A stretch of DNA of 64,000 nt from an uncultured Chloroflexia bacterium. GTDB taxonomy: Bacteria > Chloroflexota > Dehalococcoidia > DSTF01 > JACRBR01. The stretch is taken from assembly GCA_963701135.1 (NCBI GenBank), contig OY969567.1, forward strand, positions 1,537,847 to 1,601,846. The letters are read 5' to 3'. A program made the position numbers and the translations under genes. This document shows, one piece after another, positions 40,326-50,254 of this stretch (within the stretch, counting starts at the first letter, position 1; each line of letters starts with the position of its first letter). The notes beneath the pieces were generated by a model. It saw only the letters and a program-made list of their open reading frames with translations, made no database searches and was not told the DNA's origin.

Positions 40326-40349
40326 GGGCGGCCGAGCTACGGGCCGCCC
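40326..40349. terminator. GC-rich hairpin between convergent genes (GGGCGGCC-gagctacg-GGCCGCCC)
   Basis: 8-bp perfect stem followed by ttt on the plus strand. Weak U tract. Confidence 0.35.
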
Positions 40350-40392
40350 TTTCGTGCAACTCAAGACCCCGTTCCGAAGGGTCGAAGCGGCG

Positions 40393-41031
40393 TTAGTACA
40401 GGTCGATGATGGACTGGTTCAGCGACGACGGCGTCGAGCGCTGCATGACCAGGTACGAACCGGTCGGAGGCTTGATCTCCAGGATGAACGTCTGGTTCGT
40501 GCCGACGTTGAACACCGGGCCGCCGGTCTGGGTGCCGAAGTTGACCGTCACCGTCATCAACTCGCCCTGCTGCAACAGCAGGTTGGCATTACCGGTGATC
40601 GCCTGCACCGTGTATTCGAGGTCCGGGTCGATGACGTCCTTGTCGATGTAGCTGATGACGGTCCGGTTCGTCACGTCGGAGTTGTTCATGTTGACGCTGT
40701 CGCCGCCGGCCGCGAGCGTCACGCTGAAGGTGACCTTCGTGATCTTGACCGTATCCGAGTTCGCGATCACACCGCCGGTGAGCGTCATCGTGCCGCGGGT
40801 CTTGGCGAGACCGGCGTAGACCGCCTCCTTGCCGCGCTCCGAGCTGAACAGACCCGTGCTGAGGACGACGAATGCGAACACCGCGGCCACAACGACGAAC
40901 GCAATGAGGATGATCGCGGTCTCGAGACCGGTGATGCCTCGTTCGCCATCGCGCTGCGGCTCAGGGCCGCCATCCCCGCCCGCCGCGGCCCTGGTGCGCC
41001 ATCGGCTCAGGAGCCCGATTAACCTGCCCAT
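40393..41031 (-). CDS. archaellin-like protein (archaeal flagellin / class III signal-peptide family)
   Basis: AGGAGG RBS 6 nt before ATG 41031. Leader ends ...RDGERG followed by ITGLETAIILIAFVVVAAVFAFVVLSTGLFSSERGKEAVYAGLAKTRGTMTLTGGV. This parallels crenarchaeal archaellins (..GLAGLDTAIILIAFIITASVLAYVAINMGLFVTQKAKSTINKGEETASTALTLSGSV, recalled from memory). Confidence 0.7.
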   Translation of the reverse strand: MGRLIGLLSRWRTRAAAGGDGGPEPQRDGERGITGLETAIILIAFVVVAAVFAFVVLSTGLFSSERGKEAVYAGLAKTRGTMTLTGGVIANSDTVKITKVTFSVTLAAGGDSVNMNNSDVTNRTVISYIDKDVIDPDLEYTVQAITGNANLLLQQGELMTVTVNFGTQTGGPVFNVGTNQTFILEIKPPTGSYLVMQRSTPSSLNQSIIDLY

Positions 41032-41302
41032 TAGCCACCTCCTGCGGGACCCCCCGGTCCGCCACTCCTGGGCGAATCCGTCATGCAGGGACCCGAGTCC
41101 AACCATCAGGGACATCACGTAAGGCGCGCCTTAAGGGATTCCCGCAGGATGTTCGTCCGTAGGGGAGCCGCACTTTAGGCCCGCGAGACGGAAATTTCGC
41201 GGGCGCAGCCCAGGCAGGCGGGTCGGGCAACGCAGCCACGTCCCTGTACGGCCAGCTTCGGCCGCCGCGGCAAAACCTGTTGCCTCCGCCCGTCTGACGG
41301 GT

Positions 41303-41332
41303 TTGACAGATTCGAACGGCGGCCGATAGAAT
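41303..41332 (+). promoter_or_regulatory. putative promoter of rplU-rpmA
   Basis: TTGACA - 18 nt - TAGAAT, 50 nt upstream of the rplU start. Confidence 0.45.
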
Positions 41333-41382
41333 GTCCCCCGATGCCTGCCGCACGGCAGGTCTTCTCTTGTCTGGAGGGTTCC

Positions 41383-41979
41383 TTGTACGCCGTCGTCCGC
41401 ACCGGGGGCAAGCAATACCGCGTCGAAGAGGGCCGCCCGATTACGATCGAGCGCCTGCCCGGCGAGCCCGGCCAGACCATCGAGCTGAACGACGTGCTCT
41501 TGCTGGCCGATGGCGACAGCATCACCGTCGGCGGGCCCGTGATCCAGGGCGCGCGCGTCGTTGGCACGATCGCCGAGCAGGGCCGGACGAAGAAGGTCAT
41601 CGTCTTCCGCTACAAGGCAAAGACGCGCGCCCGCAAGAAGACCGGCCACCGGCAACAGTTCACCCGCCTGATGGTCGAGGACATCCTGGCGCCGGGACAG
41701 GAGCCGAAGCCGAAGCAGGCCGCCGCGGCCGCCCCGGCTGAAGCTGCCGAGGAAGCGCCGAAGCCGCGCAGGCGTGCCCGCGCCGCCGCGCCCGCCGCCG
41801 CGCCACAGGCCGAGGCACCCGCCGCCGAGCCGCAGGCCGAGGCACCTGCCGCCGAGCCCGCCGCCGCGCCGCAGGCCGAGGCACCTGCCGCCGAGCCCGC
41901 CGCCGCGCCGCAGGCCGAGGCACCTGCCGCCGAGCCCGCCGCCGCGCCGAAGCGACGGACGCGCAAGAAGGAAGACTAG
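41383..41979 (+). CDS. rplU: 50S ribosomal protein L21 with about 95-aa Ala/Pro/Glu/Gln-rich repeat extension
   Basis: GGAGGG RBS and TTG 41383. [17 protein letters not shown]... canonical L21 core (about 103 aa), then [16 protein letters not shown]...([12 protein letters not shown])n...KRRTRKKED. Confidence 0.85.
   Translation: MYAVVRTGGKQYRVEEGRPITIERLPGEPGQTIELNDVLLLADGDSITVGGPVIQGARVVGTIAEQGRTKKVIVFRYKAKTRARKKTGHRQQFTRLMVEDILAPGQEPKPKQAAAAAPAEAAEEAPKPRRRARAAAPAAAPQAEAPAAEPQAEAPAAEPAAAPQAEAPAAEPAAAPQAEAPAAEPAAAPKRRTRKKED
41791..41948 (+). repeat. in-frame 39-bp tandem repeat (about 4 copies) inside the rplU 3' extension
   Basis: gccgccgcgccgcaggccgaggcacctgccgccgagccc repeated nearly perfectly. 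Confidence 0.85.
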
Positions 41980-41984
41980 ACGAG

Positions 41985-42257
41985 ATGGCACACAAAAAGG
42001 GCGTCGGCAGCTCCCGAAACGGCCGTGACAGCAACTCCCAGCGCCTGGGCGTGAAGCGCTCCGACGGCCAGGCTGTGCTCGCCGGCACGATCATCATGCG
42101 CCAGCGCGGCACCCGCGTGCACGCCGGCCGCAACGTCGGCGTCGGCCGCGACCACACGCTCTACGCCCTGCTCGCTGGCTCGGTGAAGTTCGAGCCGTAC
42201 GCCAAGGGCCGCCGCAAGCAGGTCAGCGTCTACCCGCTCGAAGCAGCATCGAACTAA
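41985..42257 (+). CDS. rpmA: 50S ribosomal protein L27
   Basis: [24 protein letters not shown]... Confidence 0.95.
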   Translation: MAHKKGVGSSRNGRDSNSQRLGVKRSDGQAVLAGTIIMRQRGTRVHAGRNVGVGRDHTLYALLAGSVKFEPYAKGRRKQVSVYPLEAASN

Positions 42258-42276
42258 CGCCGCCAGGGAACCCGAA

Positions 42277-42504
42277 ATGAAAGCCAAGATCCACCCGAAC
42301 TACGTCGAAGCGACCGTCCACTGCGCCTGCGGCAATAGCTGGCAGACGCACTCCACCAAGTCCGACGTCCACGTCGAGATATGCAGCAACTGCCACCCGT
42401 TCTTCACCGGCCAGCAGCGCATCGTCGACACCGCGGGCCGCGTCGAGCGCTTCACCAAGCGCATGGAGAAGTCGCAGGCCGCGAAGGCCAAGCGAGAGAA
42501 GTAG
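42277..42504 (+). CDS. rpmE: 50S ribosomal protein L31 (Cys-containing form)
   Basis: MKAKIHPNY...CACG...[10 protein letters not shown]. Confidence 0.95.
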   Translation: MKAKIHPNYVEATVHCACGNSWQTHSTKSDVHVEICSNCHPFFTGQQRIVDTAGRVERFTKRMEKSQAAKAKREK

Positions 42505-42605
42505 CCGCCGCCGTCCGTCAACACACCGGATGCCCGCCGCATAGCGGGCATCGCCGTTTCCGGCGCGGGGTGTGCCGACGCGCGCCGCCGTGTTATGACG
42601 GGCGC

Positions 42606-44186
42606 GTGACCACGCTCCTCCTCCGCAACGCCCGCATCTGGACCGGCGCGCCATCGGCGCCCTGGGCAGAAGCCGCGCTCGTGCGCGATGGACGCTTCGC
42701 CGCCGTCGGCCGTGCCGCTGACTTCGAAGCGCCACCCGGGGCCGAGGTCGTCGATGCCAATAGACGGCTGGCGGTGCCCGGCTTCACCGACGCCCACGCG
42801 CACCTGCTCGGCACCGGCGCCGCCATGCGCTCCGTACACCTCAAGGATGCGGCGAGCGTCGCCGAATGCGTCCGGCGCGTCGCCGAGCGCTCTGCGGCGA
42901 CGCCGCCCGGCGGCTGGGTGCGCGGCGCCGGCTGGGATCAGAACGCATGGCCCGGCGCTGACTTCCCGCACCGCCGCGACCTCGATGCCGTGGCGCCGGA
43001 CCACCCGGTCGTCCTCATCCACACCTCCGGCCACTGTTCGTGGGTCAACAGCGCCGCCCTGCGCGCCGCGAACATCACGTCCGCAACGGCCGCCCCGCCC
43101 GGCGGCGCGATCGACGTCGACGGCGAAGGCGAGCCGACCGGCATCCTCCGCGACACGGCCGCACGTCTCGTGGCGCACGTCGCTCCCGGGCCGGCGCCCG
43201 CCGAACGGCTCGCCGCCCTGAACGACGCGATCGCCCACGCGCACAGCCTCGGCGTCACCGGTGTGCACGCGATGGACGTCGGCCGAGGCGAACTGCAGGC
43301 GCTCTACGCGCTCCGCGACTCCGGCGCGCTGCGGCTGCGCGTCCGCGCCTACATGTCAGCCACCAGGCTCGACGAGTGGTTCGACCGCAACCTGGCGACC
43401 GGCGACGGCGACGACTTGCTGCGCATCAGCGGCGTCAAGTTCTTCACCGATGGCGCGCTCGGCTCGCTGACGGCGTGGATATTCGATCCGTACGAGGGAT
43501 CGGCCGGCACCGGCCTCGCGCTCCAGCCGCCCGAGGATCTGGAGCGCGACATCCGCGCGTGCCTGGAACGCGGCCTCGCCCCGGCCGTCCACGCCATCGG
43601 CGACCGCGCCAACCGCACCGCGCTCGACATCTTCGAGCGTGCGCGATCGCTCGCGCCCGCGCTCCCGCGCCGGATTGAGCACGCGCAGTTGCTCACGCGG
43701 GAAGACCTGCCCCGGTTCGCGGAACTCGGCGTCGCCGCATCGGTCCAGCCAATCCATGCGACGCAGGACATGGCGAAGGTCGACCGCTGGTGGGGCGCGC
43801 GCGGCCGTTACGCTTACGCGTTCGCGTCACTGCTGGCGACCGGCGCGACGCTCGCCTTCGGCTCCGACACCCCCGTCGAGACGATGGACCCGATCGCCGG
43901 CATCCACGCCGCCGTCATGCGACGCAACGCCGCGGGAGCGCCTGCCGGCGGCTGGTACCCGGCCGAGCGCGTCACGCTGGAAGACGCGCTGCGGGCCTAT
44001 ACTGCCGGATGCGCCGCCGCGGCCGGCGACGGCGCCCCGTCCGGCCGCATCGCGCCCGGCTGCCCGGGCGACTTGGTCGTCCTATCCCACGACCTGTTCG
44101 CGCTCACCGACCCGATGCGCATCCTGGACGCGCGCGTGGACATGACCGTCGTCGGCGGCGAGGTGGTGTACCGGCGCGAGGCCTGA
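42606..44186 (+). CDS. amidohydrolase-family metal-dependent hydrolase (Amidohydro_3/YtcJ-like)
   Basis: GTG 42606. GFTDAHAHLLG, ...HAIGDRA..., ...RIEHAQ...GSD.PVE motifs. Confidence 0.75.
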   Translation: MTTLLLRNARIWTGAPSAPWAEAALVRDGRFAAVGRAADFEAPPGAEVVDANRRLAVPGFTDAHAHLLGTGAAMRSVHLKDAASVAECVRRVAERSAATPPGGWVRGAGWDQNAWPGADFPHRRDLDAVAPDHPVVLIHTSGHCSWVNSAALRAANITSATAAPPGGAIDVDGEGEPTGILRDTAARLVAHVAPGPAPAERLAALNDAIAHAHSLGVTGVHAMDVGRGELQALYALRDSGALRLRVRAYMSATRLDEWFDRNLATGDGDDLLRISGVKFFTDGALGSLTAWIFDPYEGSAGTGLALQPPEDLERDIRACLERGLAPAVHAIGDRANRTALDIFERARSLAPALPRRIEHAQLLTREDLPRFAELGVAASVQPIHATQDMAKVDRWWGARGRYAYAFASLLATGATLAFGSDTPVETMDPIAGIHAAVMRRNAAGAPAGGWYPAERVTLEDALRAYTAGCAAAAGDGAPSGRIAPGCPGDLVVLSHDLFALTDPMRILDARVDMTVVGGEVVYRREA

Positions 44187-44208
44187 TTCGCCAGCCTTCC
44201 GCCGCAGC

Positions 44209-45484
44209 GTGTACGCTTGCCGCGTGCGCCGATATCTAACGCTGCTCCTCGCCGTTGCCGTTCTCGCCGCATGCAACGGTGGCGGCGCGTCATCCACACC
44301 GACGCCCGCCGCGACCGGCACGCCGGCTGCCCCCTCGCCCACGGCGACACCCGCACGCGCGCCCGTACCCGAGCGCCCGGCGGCGCTCAAGGACTACGCG
44401 CTCGCCGCAGCGCCGTACCTCTCGACCGAACCCGCTGCATCGAAGCCGCCGTGCCTCGCGGCGCTGTACGCCGCGTGGAAGATGCCCGCCCTCGACTCCG
44501 GCAGGCCCTGCATGACCGGCAACACCGACGACGACGCGGCCGAGGAGGTCGCGGCCGTCTTCTCGCAGGCGCAGGCCGGCGACAGCTCGACCGCGCCGGT
44601 CAGTTTCAGCGTCGCGATCTTCGACCGCACGTTCGAGCGGGTTCCGCGTCGCCTATGAGTCGCCGGTCGCCGTCATCAGCGCCAATGCCCGCACGACGCT
44701 GAGCAACCCCACTGTGATCAACTCGCTCGGTGACGTGCTGATCCACGCCGGCGACGTGAACGCGGACGGCAACGGCGAGCTCGTGTACCAGGTGCCGAGC
44801 TGCGGCGCGCACACGTGCTTCAAGCGTGTGCACGCCGTCCGCGGCACCGCGGCCGGATACGTCGACCTGACGCCGCCGTCGGGCATCTCGATGGAGTACC
44901 CCGACCTCAAGTTCGAGGACGTCGACGGCGACGGCAAGAAGGAGATCGTGCTCTACGGCGGCGAGATCGGCAGCGCCGGCGCGGGGCCGCAGCGCAAGCG
45001 CACGGAGGTGTGGGCGTGGGACGGCGCGGCGTACGCGCTCCGGAGCAAGACCTTCGACAAGCCCGCTTACCTGTATCACGCGATCATCGACGCCGATGCG
45101 CTCTTCGCGGCATCGAAGTACGCCGAGGCGGCAGCCGCCTACGTGGCAGCGGTCGACGACAGGCAGTGGCAGATCTGGAGGCCAGACAAGCGCAACGAGC
45201 TCGAGGCGTACGCGCTCTTCCGCGCGGGCCTCGCCGAGCTTGCGGGCGACGGCGATCGCGACAAGGCGAACGCGCTGTTGGCGCGCGCGAACGCCTATGC
45301 CGGTACGCTGAATCATCAGCTTGCCGGCTCGTTCGAGGCGGCGTTCGCCGCGAAGGGAAGCATCAGCCTCGGCTGCGCGGCCGTGCGCGATGACATCGCG
45401 GCGAACCTCGCGGAGTACACGGCGTTCTGGGATTTCGGCTACGGCAATCCGCCGTTCAACGCCGGCGCGGTCTGTCCATTCTGA
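44209..45484 (+). pseudogene. lipoprotein with FG-GAP/VCBS-like Asp-rich repeats, one frameshift (44641)
   Basis: Lipobox LAAC. ORF 44209-44658 ends ...AIFDRTFER, and the next frame continues FRVAYESPVAVISANA...DVNADGNGELV...DVDGDGKKEIV... (ORF 44714-45484). Skipping g44641 in a ggg run joins them. Confidence 0.6.
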
Positions 45485-45569
45485 CCCGCAGGCGTTCCTT
45501 GACGCCGTCCTCGCCGGTTCCGATCCTGATCGTGACCGCGCATCGCTGAGCACACCTGCCAGGAGGCAC

Positions 45570-46481
45570 ATGGCGGACGGACAGGCGACCAATCTCTACT
45601 ACGGCGGGCAGGCCGTCATCGAAGGCGTCATGATCCGCGGCCCGCGGCACCTGGCCATCGCCGTGCGCGCACCCGATGGCCGCATCGTCCAGCGCGGCGA
45701 GGCGCTGACCGGCGTCTACACCGGCCGCGTCCGCCGCATCCCCGTCGTCCGCGGCGCCGTCGTGCTGTACGAGACGCTGGTGCTCGGCGTCCGCTCGCTC
45801 ATGTGGTCTTCGAACGTGGCCATGGGGAAGGACGGCGACGAGATCAGCAAGCTGCAGATCATCGTCTCGCTCGCGGTGACGCTGGCGTTCGTCGCGGCCA
45901 TCTTCTTCGCCGGGCCGGTGCTCCTCACGAGTTGGATCGACCGCGTCGTCGCCAACGACTACGTCGAGGTCCTGGCCGAGGGCATCCTGCGCCTCGCGAT
46001 GCTGATCGGCTACATCTGGCTCATCGGCCGCATGCCGGACGTCCAGCGCGTGTTCGCGTACCACGGCGCGGAGCATCGCGCGATCCACGCCTACGAGCAC
46101 GGCCGCGACCTGACGCCCGCAAACGTGCGCGAGTACCCGAACGCTCACCCCCGCTGCGGCACCGCGTTCCTGCTGACGGTGATGGTGATCTCGCTCGTCG
46201 TCTTCGTCGCGCTCGGCACGCCGCCGATCTGGCTGCGCCTGGTCGAGCGCGTCGTGCTGATCCCGGTCATCGCGGCTGCTTCGTACGAGGTGCTGCGGCT
46301 CGGCCAACGCTTCGGCGACCGCGGCATCTTCGGGCTGATCTACCGGCCCAACCTCTGGCTGCAGTCGCTGACGACGCGCGACCCCGACGACGCGCAGATC
46401 GAAGTCGCCATCGCCGCCCTCAACAACGTGCTGGCGATGGAGTCCGCCGCGCGTCCTACGTCGCAGGCTCCAACTCGTTGA
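45570..46481 (+). CDS. DUF1385-family membrane protein (YqhQ-like)
   Basis: AGGAGG RBS and ATG 45570. YGGQAVIEGVMIRG...YHGAEH..I...E....L....V......HPRCGT.F. Confidence 0.75.
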   Translation: MADGQATNLYYGGQAVIEGVMIRGPRHLAIAVRAPDGRIVQRGEALTGVYTGRVRRIPVVRGAVVLYETLVLGVRSLMWSSNVAMGKDGDEISKLQIIVSLAVTLAFVAAIFFAGPVLLTSWIDRVVANDYVEVLAEGILRLAMLIGYIWLIGRMPDVQRVFAYHGAEHRAIHAYEHGRDLTPANVREYPNAHPRCGTAFLLTVMVISLVVFVALGTPPIWLRLVERVVLIPVIAAASYEVLRLGQRFGDRGIFGLIYRPNLWLQSLTTRDPDDAQIEVAIAALNNVLAMESAARPTSQAPTR

Positions 46482-46773
46482 AGAAGCACGCCTTCGCGCC
46501 GGTGTGGCAGACGGCCTTGCCGAGCATCTTCACCCGCACGAGCAGCGAGTTGTTCTCGCAATCGGCCTTGATCGACCGCACCTCCAGGTAGTCGCCGCTC
46601 GTCGCGCCCTTGTGCCAGATCTCCTGCCGGCTGCGGCTCCAGAACACGACCTGGCCGAGATCGCGCGTCATCTTCAGCGTCTCGACGGTCATGTAGCCGA
46701 GCATCAGCACGGCATCCGTCTCGTCGTCCTGGATGACGGCGGGGATCAGTCCCTGCGCGTTGTAGTTGAGCAT
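46456..46773 (-). CDS. hisI: phosphoribosyl-AMP cyclohydrolase
   Basis: GLIPAVIQD....VLMLGYM...........FWSRSR...W.KG.TSG....V..I..DCD-like pattern (here DCENNSLLV). 105 aa. Confidence 0.9.
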   Translation of the reverse strand: MLNYNAQGLIPAVIQDDETDAVLMLGYMTVETLKMTRDLGQVVFWSRSRQEIWHKGATSGDYLEVRSIKADCENNSLLVRVKMLGKAVCHTGAKACFFNELEPAT

Positions 46774-46854
46774 CGATCTCGTCTCCGTGCTGGCGCGGCG
46801 TGTCGCGGCCGCGATGCTGTCGTCGTTGGTGGCTGAGCGGCCCGGCCGCGGGCC

Positions 46855-47613
46855 CTAGAGCCGCACCGGCAGGCCGTGCGCATGCATGTAGCGCTTCGTC
46901 TCGCCGATGGAGTACTCGCCGAAATGGAAGATGCTCGCCGCCAGCACGGCGTCGGCCTTCCCCAGCACGACCGCATCGACCATGTGCTGCGGGTTGCCGC
47001 AACCGCCGCTCGCGATGACCGGCACCTCGACCGCCTCGCTGATCGCGCGCGTCAGCGGGATGTCGTAGCCGTGCTTGTGGCCATCGGTATTCATGCTCGT
47101 CACCAGCAGCTCGCCCGCGCCCAGCTCCACGACCCGGCGCGCCCACTCGATCGCATCGAGCCCGGCCGGCCGGCGGCCGCCGTGCGTGTAGACCTCCCAC
47201 TTGCCCTCGCCGACCGCTTTGGCGTCGATCGCGACGACGATGCACTGCGCGCCGAAGCGCTCCGAGCACACCCCGACCAGCTTCGGGTCGGCGACGGCCG
47301 CGCTGTTGAGCGACACCTTGTCCGCCCCCAGCTCCAGCAGCACCCGCACGTCGAGGTCGCTCCGGACGCCGCCGCCTACGGTGAACGGGATGAAGACCTC
47401 GTCGGCGGTGCGCGCGACCATGTCGTAGGTCGTCGCCCGGTCGTCGCTCGACGCCGTTATGTCGAGAAATACCAGCTCGTCCGCACCCTGCTCGTCGTAC
47501 AGCTTCGCCAGCTCCACCGGGTCGCCGGCATCCCGCAGCTCGACGAACGAGATGCCCTTCACGACGCGCCCCTGGTCGACGTCGAAACACGGAATCACGC
47601 GCTTGGTCAGCAT
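46855..47613 (-). CDS. hisF: imidazole glycerol phosphate synthase cyclase subunit
   Basis: [20 protein letters not shown]...LVFLDITAS...GGGVRS...[11 protein letters not shown]...VVAIDAK...GAGE.L.TSM..DG...GYD. 252 aa. Confidence 0.95.
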   Translation of the reverse strand: MLTKRVIPCFDVDQGRVVKGISFVELRDAGDPVELAKLYDEQGADELVFLDITASSDDRATTYDMVARTADEVFIPFTVGGGVRSDLDVRVLLELGADKVSLNSAAVADPKLVGVCSERFGAQCIVVAIDAKAVGEGKWEVYTHGGRRPAGLDAIEWARRVVELGAGELLVTSMNTDGHKHGYDIPLTRAISEAVEVPVIASGGCGNPQHMVDAVVLGKADAVLAASIFHFGEYSIGETKRYMHAHGLPVRL

Positions 47614-47655
47614 GGTGCTGCATGGTACCAGACGTGCTGACGCCTGCCGCCCATT

Positions 47656-47683
47656 CAGGTTCTTGGTTCTCGGTTCTCGGTTC
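47656..47683. repeat. heptamer tandem array (TYGGTTC)x4, inverted relative of 21758-21792
   Basis: aggttc ttggttc tcggttc tcggttc. Confidence 0.85.
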
Positions 47684-47751
47684 TGGCGGCTCCGCCGCCA
47701 TGCAAGCCGCCCTCTATAATGCGGCGACAGACGCGAAGAGGAGGACCCGGC

Positions 47752-48915
47752 TTGGCCACGAACATCGTCCCACGCAGCATCGAGGACATCACGCCGGAGT
47801 ACCTGACCCATGCCGCGCGGCGGCTGCTGCGCGACGAGACCGCGCGCGTCACCGCCCTCCGCATCGGCCAGTCCGAGCCGTTCGAGTACCCCAAGTTCGG
47901 CAACAAGCGGTTCGACGTCATCGAGTTCGACTACAGCGGCCGCAACGGCGCCGGCAGCTCGCGCATGATCCTGCGCCGCCGCGCACCGCGCGATGCCGTC
48001 TCGACGCTCATCGGCGACCTCCAGCATCGCGAACTCCTTGCGTTCACGACCGGGCTGCTCGACCAGTTGCCCGCGACGTTCCACCATCCGTACCTCGATG
48101 TCATCTACGATGAGGAGCGCGGCCAGTTCTGGGCGTTCCTCGAAGACGTGACCGCCGACATGGAGCGCGTCGGCATCGTCGATGCGCTGCCCGACGACAA
48201 GCTCCGCACGATCCTGTCGCACCTGGCGGCGTTCCACGCGCGCTTCTGGGAGCGCCGCGACGTCCTCGACCAGCCCTGGCTCATGAGCCTGCGCACGCCC
48301 GTCGACTCCTGGTACAAGCTCGTGGTCGAGGTCATCGACGATGTGAAAGAGCCGTCGGAGCCCACCCGCTTCATCACCGCCGAGTGGCCGTGGGTGGCCG
48401 GCGGCATCCGCAACCTGCTCGGCTCGCTCGAGCCGGAGACGCGCGCGCTGATCGACCGCCTGTTTCGCCATCCCGACCGGCTGATCGACGAGATCGCCGG
48501 CATGCCGATCACGCTCTGCCACTACGACTTCGATAACCGCAATCTCGGCATGCGCGACGGCCCGGACGGGCCGCAGACAACGGTCATCGATTGGGAGATC
48601 GTCGGCCGCGGGTTGTCGTCGGCCGACGTCGGCCGCTTCCTGCAGTACCAGCAGCCGCCGAACATGGAGGAGCTGATTGGCTTCTACCTGGACGAGCTGG
48701 AACGCCACCTGGGCAAGCCGGTCGACCGCGACGAGTGGAAGAAGGGCTACGAGATTGTGGCCGTCGCGCTGTGGCAGATCGTCGGCTTCCTCTTCGGCGC
48801 CATGGTCGCCGCGCCCGACGCGCCCGTGCCCGAGGACCAGCGCGAGGGCATGCGTCAGCGCGTTTACGCCGACGTGGCGGCCATCGAGCAACTCGCGCGC
48901 AAGTGGCTGACGTAG
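47752..48915 (+). CDS. phosphotransferase of the APH/choline-kinase (protein-kinase-like) family
   Basis: TATAAT at 47715-47720. GAGGAGG RBS 7 nt before TTG 47752 (the ORF track starts at 47719). Catalytic [10 protein letters not shown] and VIDWE motifs. Confidence 0.7.
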   Translation: MATNIVPRSIEDITPEYLTHAARRLLRDETARVTALRIGQSEPFEYPKFGNKRFDVIEFDYSGRNGAGSSRMILRRRAPRDAVSTLIGDLQHRELLAFTTGLLDQLPATFHHPYLDVIYDEERGQFWAFLEDVTADMERVGIVDALPDDKLRTILSHLAAFHARFWERRDVLDQPWLMSLRTPVDSWYKLVVEVIDDVKEPSEPTRFITAEWPWVAGGIRNLLGSLEPETRALIDRLFRHPDRLIDEIAGMPITLCHYDFDNRNLGMRDGPDGPQTTVIDWEIVGRGLSSADVGRFLQYQQPPNMEELIGFYLDELERHLGKPVDRDEWKKGYEIVAVALWQIVGFLFGAMVAAPDAPVPEDQREGMRQRVYADVAAIEQLARKWLT

Positions 48916-48931
48916 GGTGGTCGTTGAGCTC

Positions 48932-49260
48932 GTGTAGTGCTTTCGAATTGGCGTTAGTTAACGCGACGCGAAGCGTGGAGCATAGCCGCCCTCGGCTGTG
49001 AGTTCGGCGAAGCCGGACCGACGCGGTACAGCGCCTCGTCTGACGGACTTCCGCCGCGTGCGAGGCCTCCCGGCGAACCGCCACGCTGAAGAAGCGTTGG
49101 AGTTAGTTAACGCGACGCGAAGCGTGGAGCATAGCCGCCCTCGGCTGTGAGTCCGGCGAAGCCGGACCGACGCGGTACAGCGCCTCGTCTGATGGACTTC
49201 CGCCGCGTGCGAGGCCTCCCGGCGAACCGCCACGCTGAAGAAGCGTTGGAAGCACTACAC
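48932..49260. repeat. composite repeat element: 2 x 149-bp tandem copies (48954-49102, 49103-49251; 2-3 mismatches) flanked by 11-bp inverted repeats gtgtagtgctt / aagcactacac
   Basis: Read directly. Fills the space between two convergent stop codons (48915 and 49260). Confidence 0.9.
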
Positions 49261-49989
49261 TAGCCGCGCTTGCGCCCAACGGCGAGCAGGTTCACACGCA
49301 GGTGCTTGAGCGCTCCGAAACGGTTCACGAGCCGCTCGAACCCGACGCCGAGCGCATACGTCGGCGTGCTGAAGGCCAGGTACTCCGGCTCCGTCTCGAA
49401 CTGGTAGAGCTGCTCGACATCCAACCCCGCGCGTTCGTACAGCGAGCGCAGCCGCGACGCCGTGTTCGCGCGATACACCGTCGGGAAGATGTCGTGCGCA
49501 TCGACGCCGCGCCACTGGTTGTACTTCAAGTGGAAGCCGTGCGGCAGCAGCGCCGAGCTCACCGTCACGTAGTGCCAGCGATTCGGCGTCAGGATCAACA
49601 GCCGCCCGCCCGGCTTGAGCACCCGCGCCAGCTCGCCGAACACCCGCTCCGGCTGCGTCAGGTGCTCCGCCACGTGGCTCGAGATCGCGATGTCGAACGC
49701 GGCGTCCCGGAACGGCAGCGCCCCCAGGTCCGCCCGCGCCGCGGCATCGATGTTGCGGTTGCCCCGCGGCTCGTCCGTCATGTCGACGCCGGCGATCAGC
49801 CGCGGCCGCTGCCCCTCGTCGAAGTGGTACTGGAAGACGCGGCCGCTGCCGCACCCCGCGTCGAGCATGGTGTCGCCACGGCGCACGTACTCGTGGATGA
49901 CGTTCCGAGAAGCGGCCGTACATGCCGCGAAACTCGGGCGGATAGAAGCGTTCCCGCAGCTCTTGCTTGCGCCAGCGCAGCAACGGCAT
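49260..49989 (-). pseudogene. class I SAM-dependent methyltransferase, one frameshift (about 49905)
   Basis: MPLLRWRKQELRERFYPPEFRGMYGRFS in the ORF 49255-49989 frame, then NVIHEYVRRGDTMLDAGCGSGRV...LKPGGRLLILTPN in the ORF 49260-50132 frame. Confidence 0.7.
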
Positions 49990-50149
49990 CGGCTAGCCGG
50001 GCCAGCGGGGTGCCGGCACGTCAAGGACGACCGGGGCCGGATGCGGCAAATGGTCCATGCGGCCTCAGTATGGGTACGCGCCCCCCGGCGTACAAGCTTC
50101 GGCTCTCTCGATGGCCTACGGCGGCCAGGCACCGGCGGCTCGCGCCCGA

Positions 50150-50179
50150 TTGTCGGGCCCGAGCCGCCGGTGCTATACT
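50150..50179 (+). promoter_or_regulatory. putative promoter of rpsB-tsf
   Basis: TTGTCG - 18 nt - TGcTATACT (extended -10), about 75 nt upstream of the rpsB ATG. Confidence 0.4.
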
Positions 50180-50254
50180 GCGGCGGTTACAGAACTGGAA
50201 GACCGGACCTGGGGCTCTTATGGCCTCAAATTTATGTCCGGAAGGATCGAAGTC

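Noticed and set aside
46855-48891. 678-aa minus-strand ORF
   Set aside because: Only the last 252 codons (hisF, from ATG 47613) are real. The upstream part is antisense to the well-supported phosphotransferase gene and crosses an intergenic repeat array.
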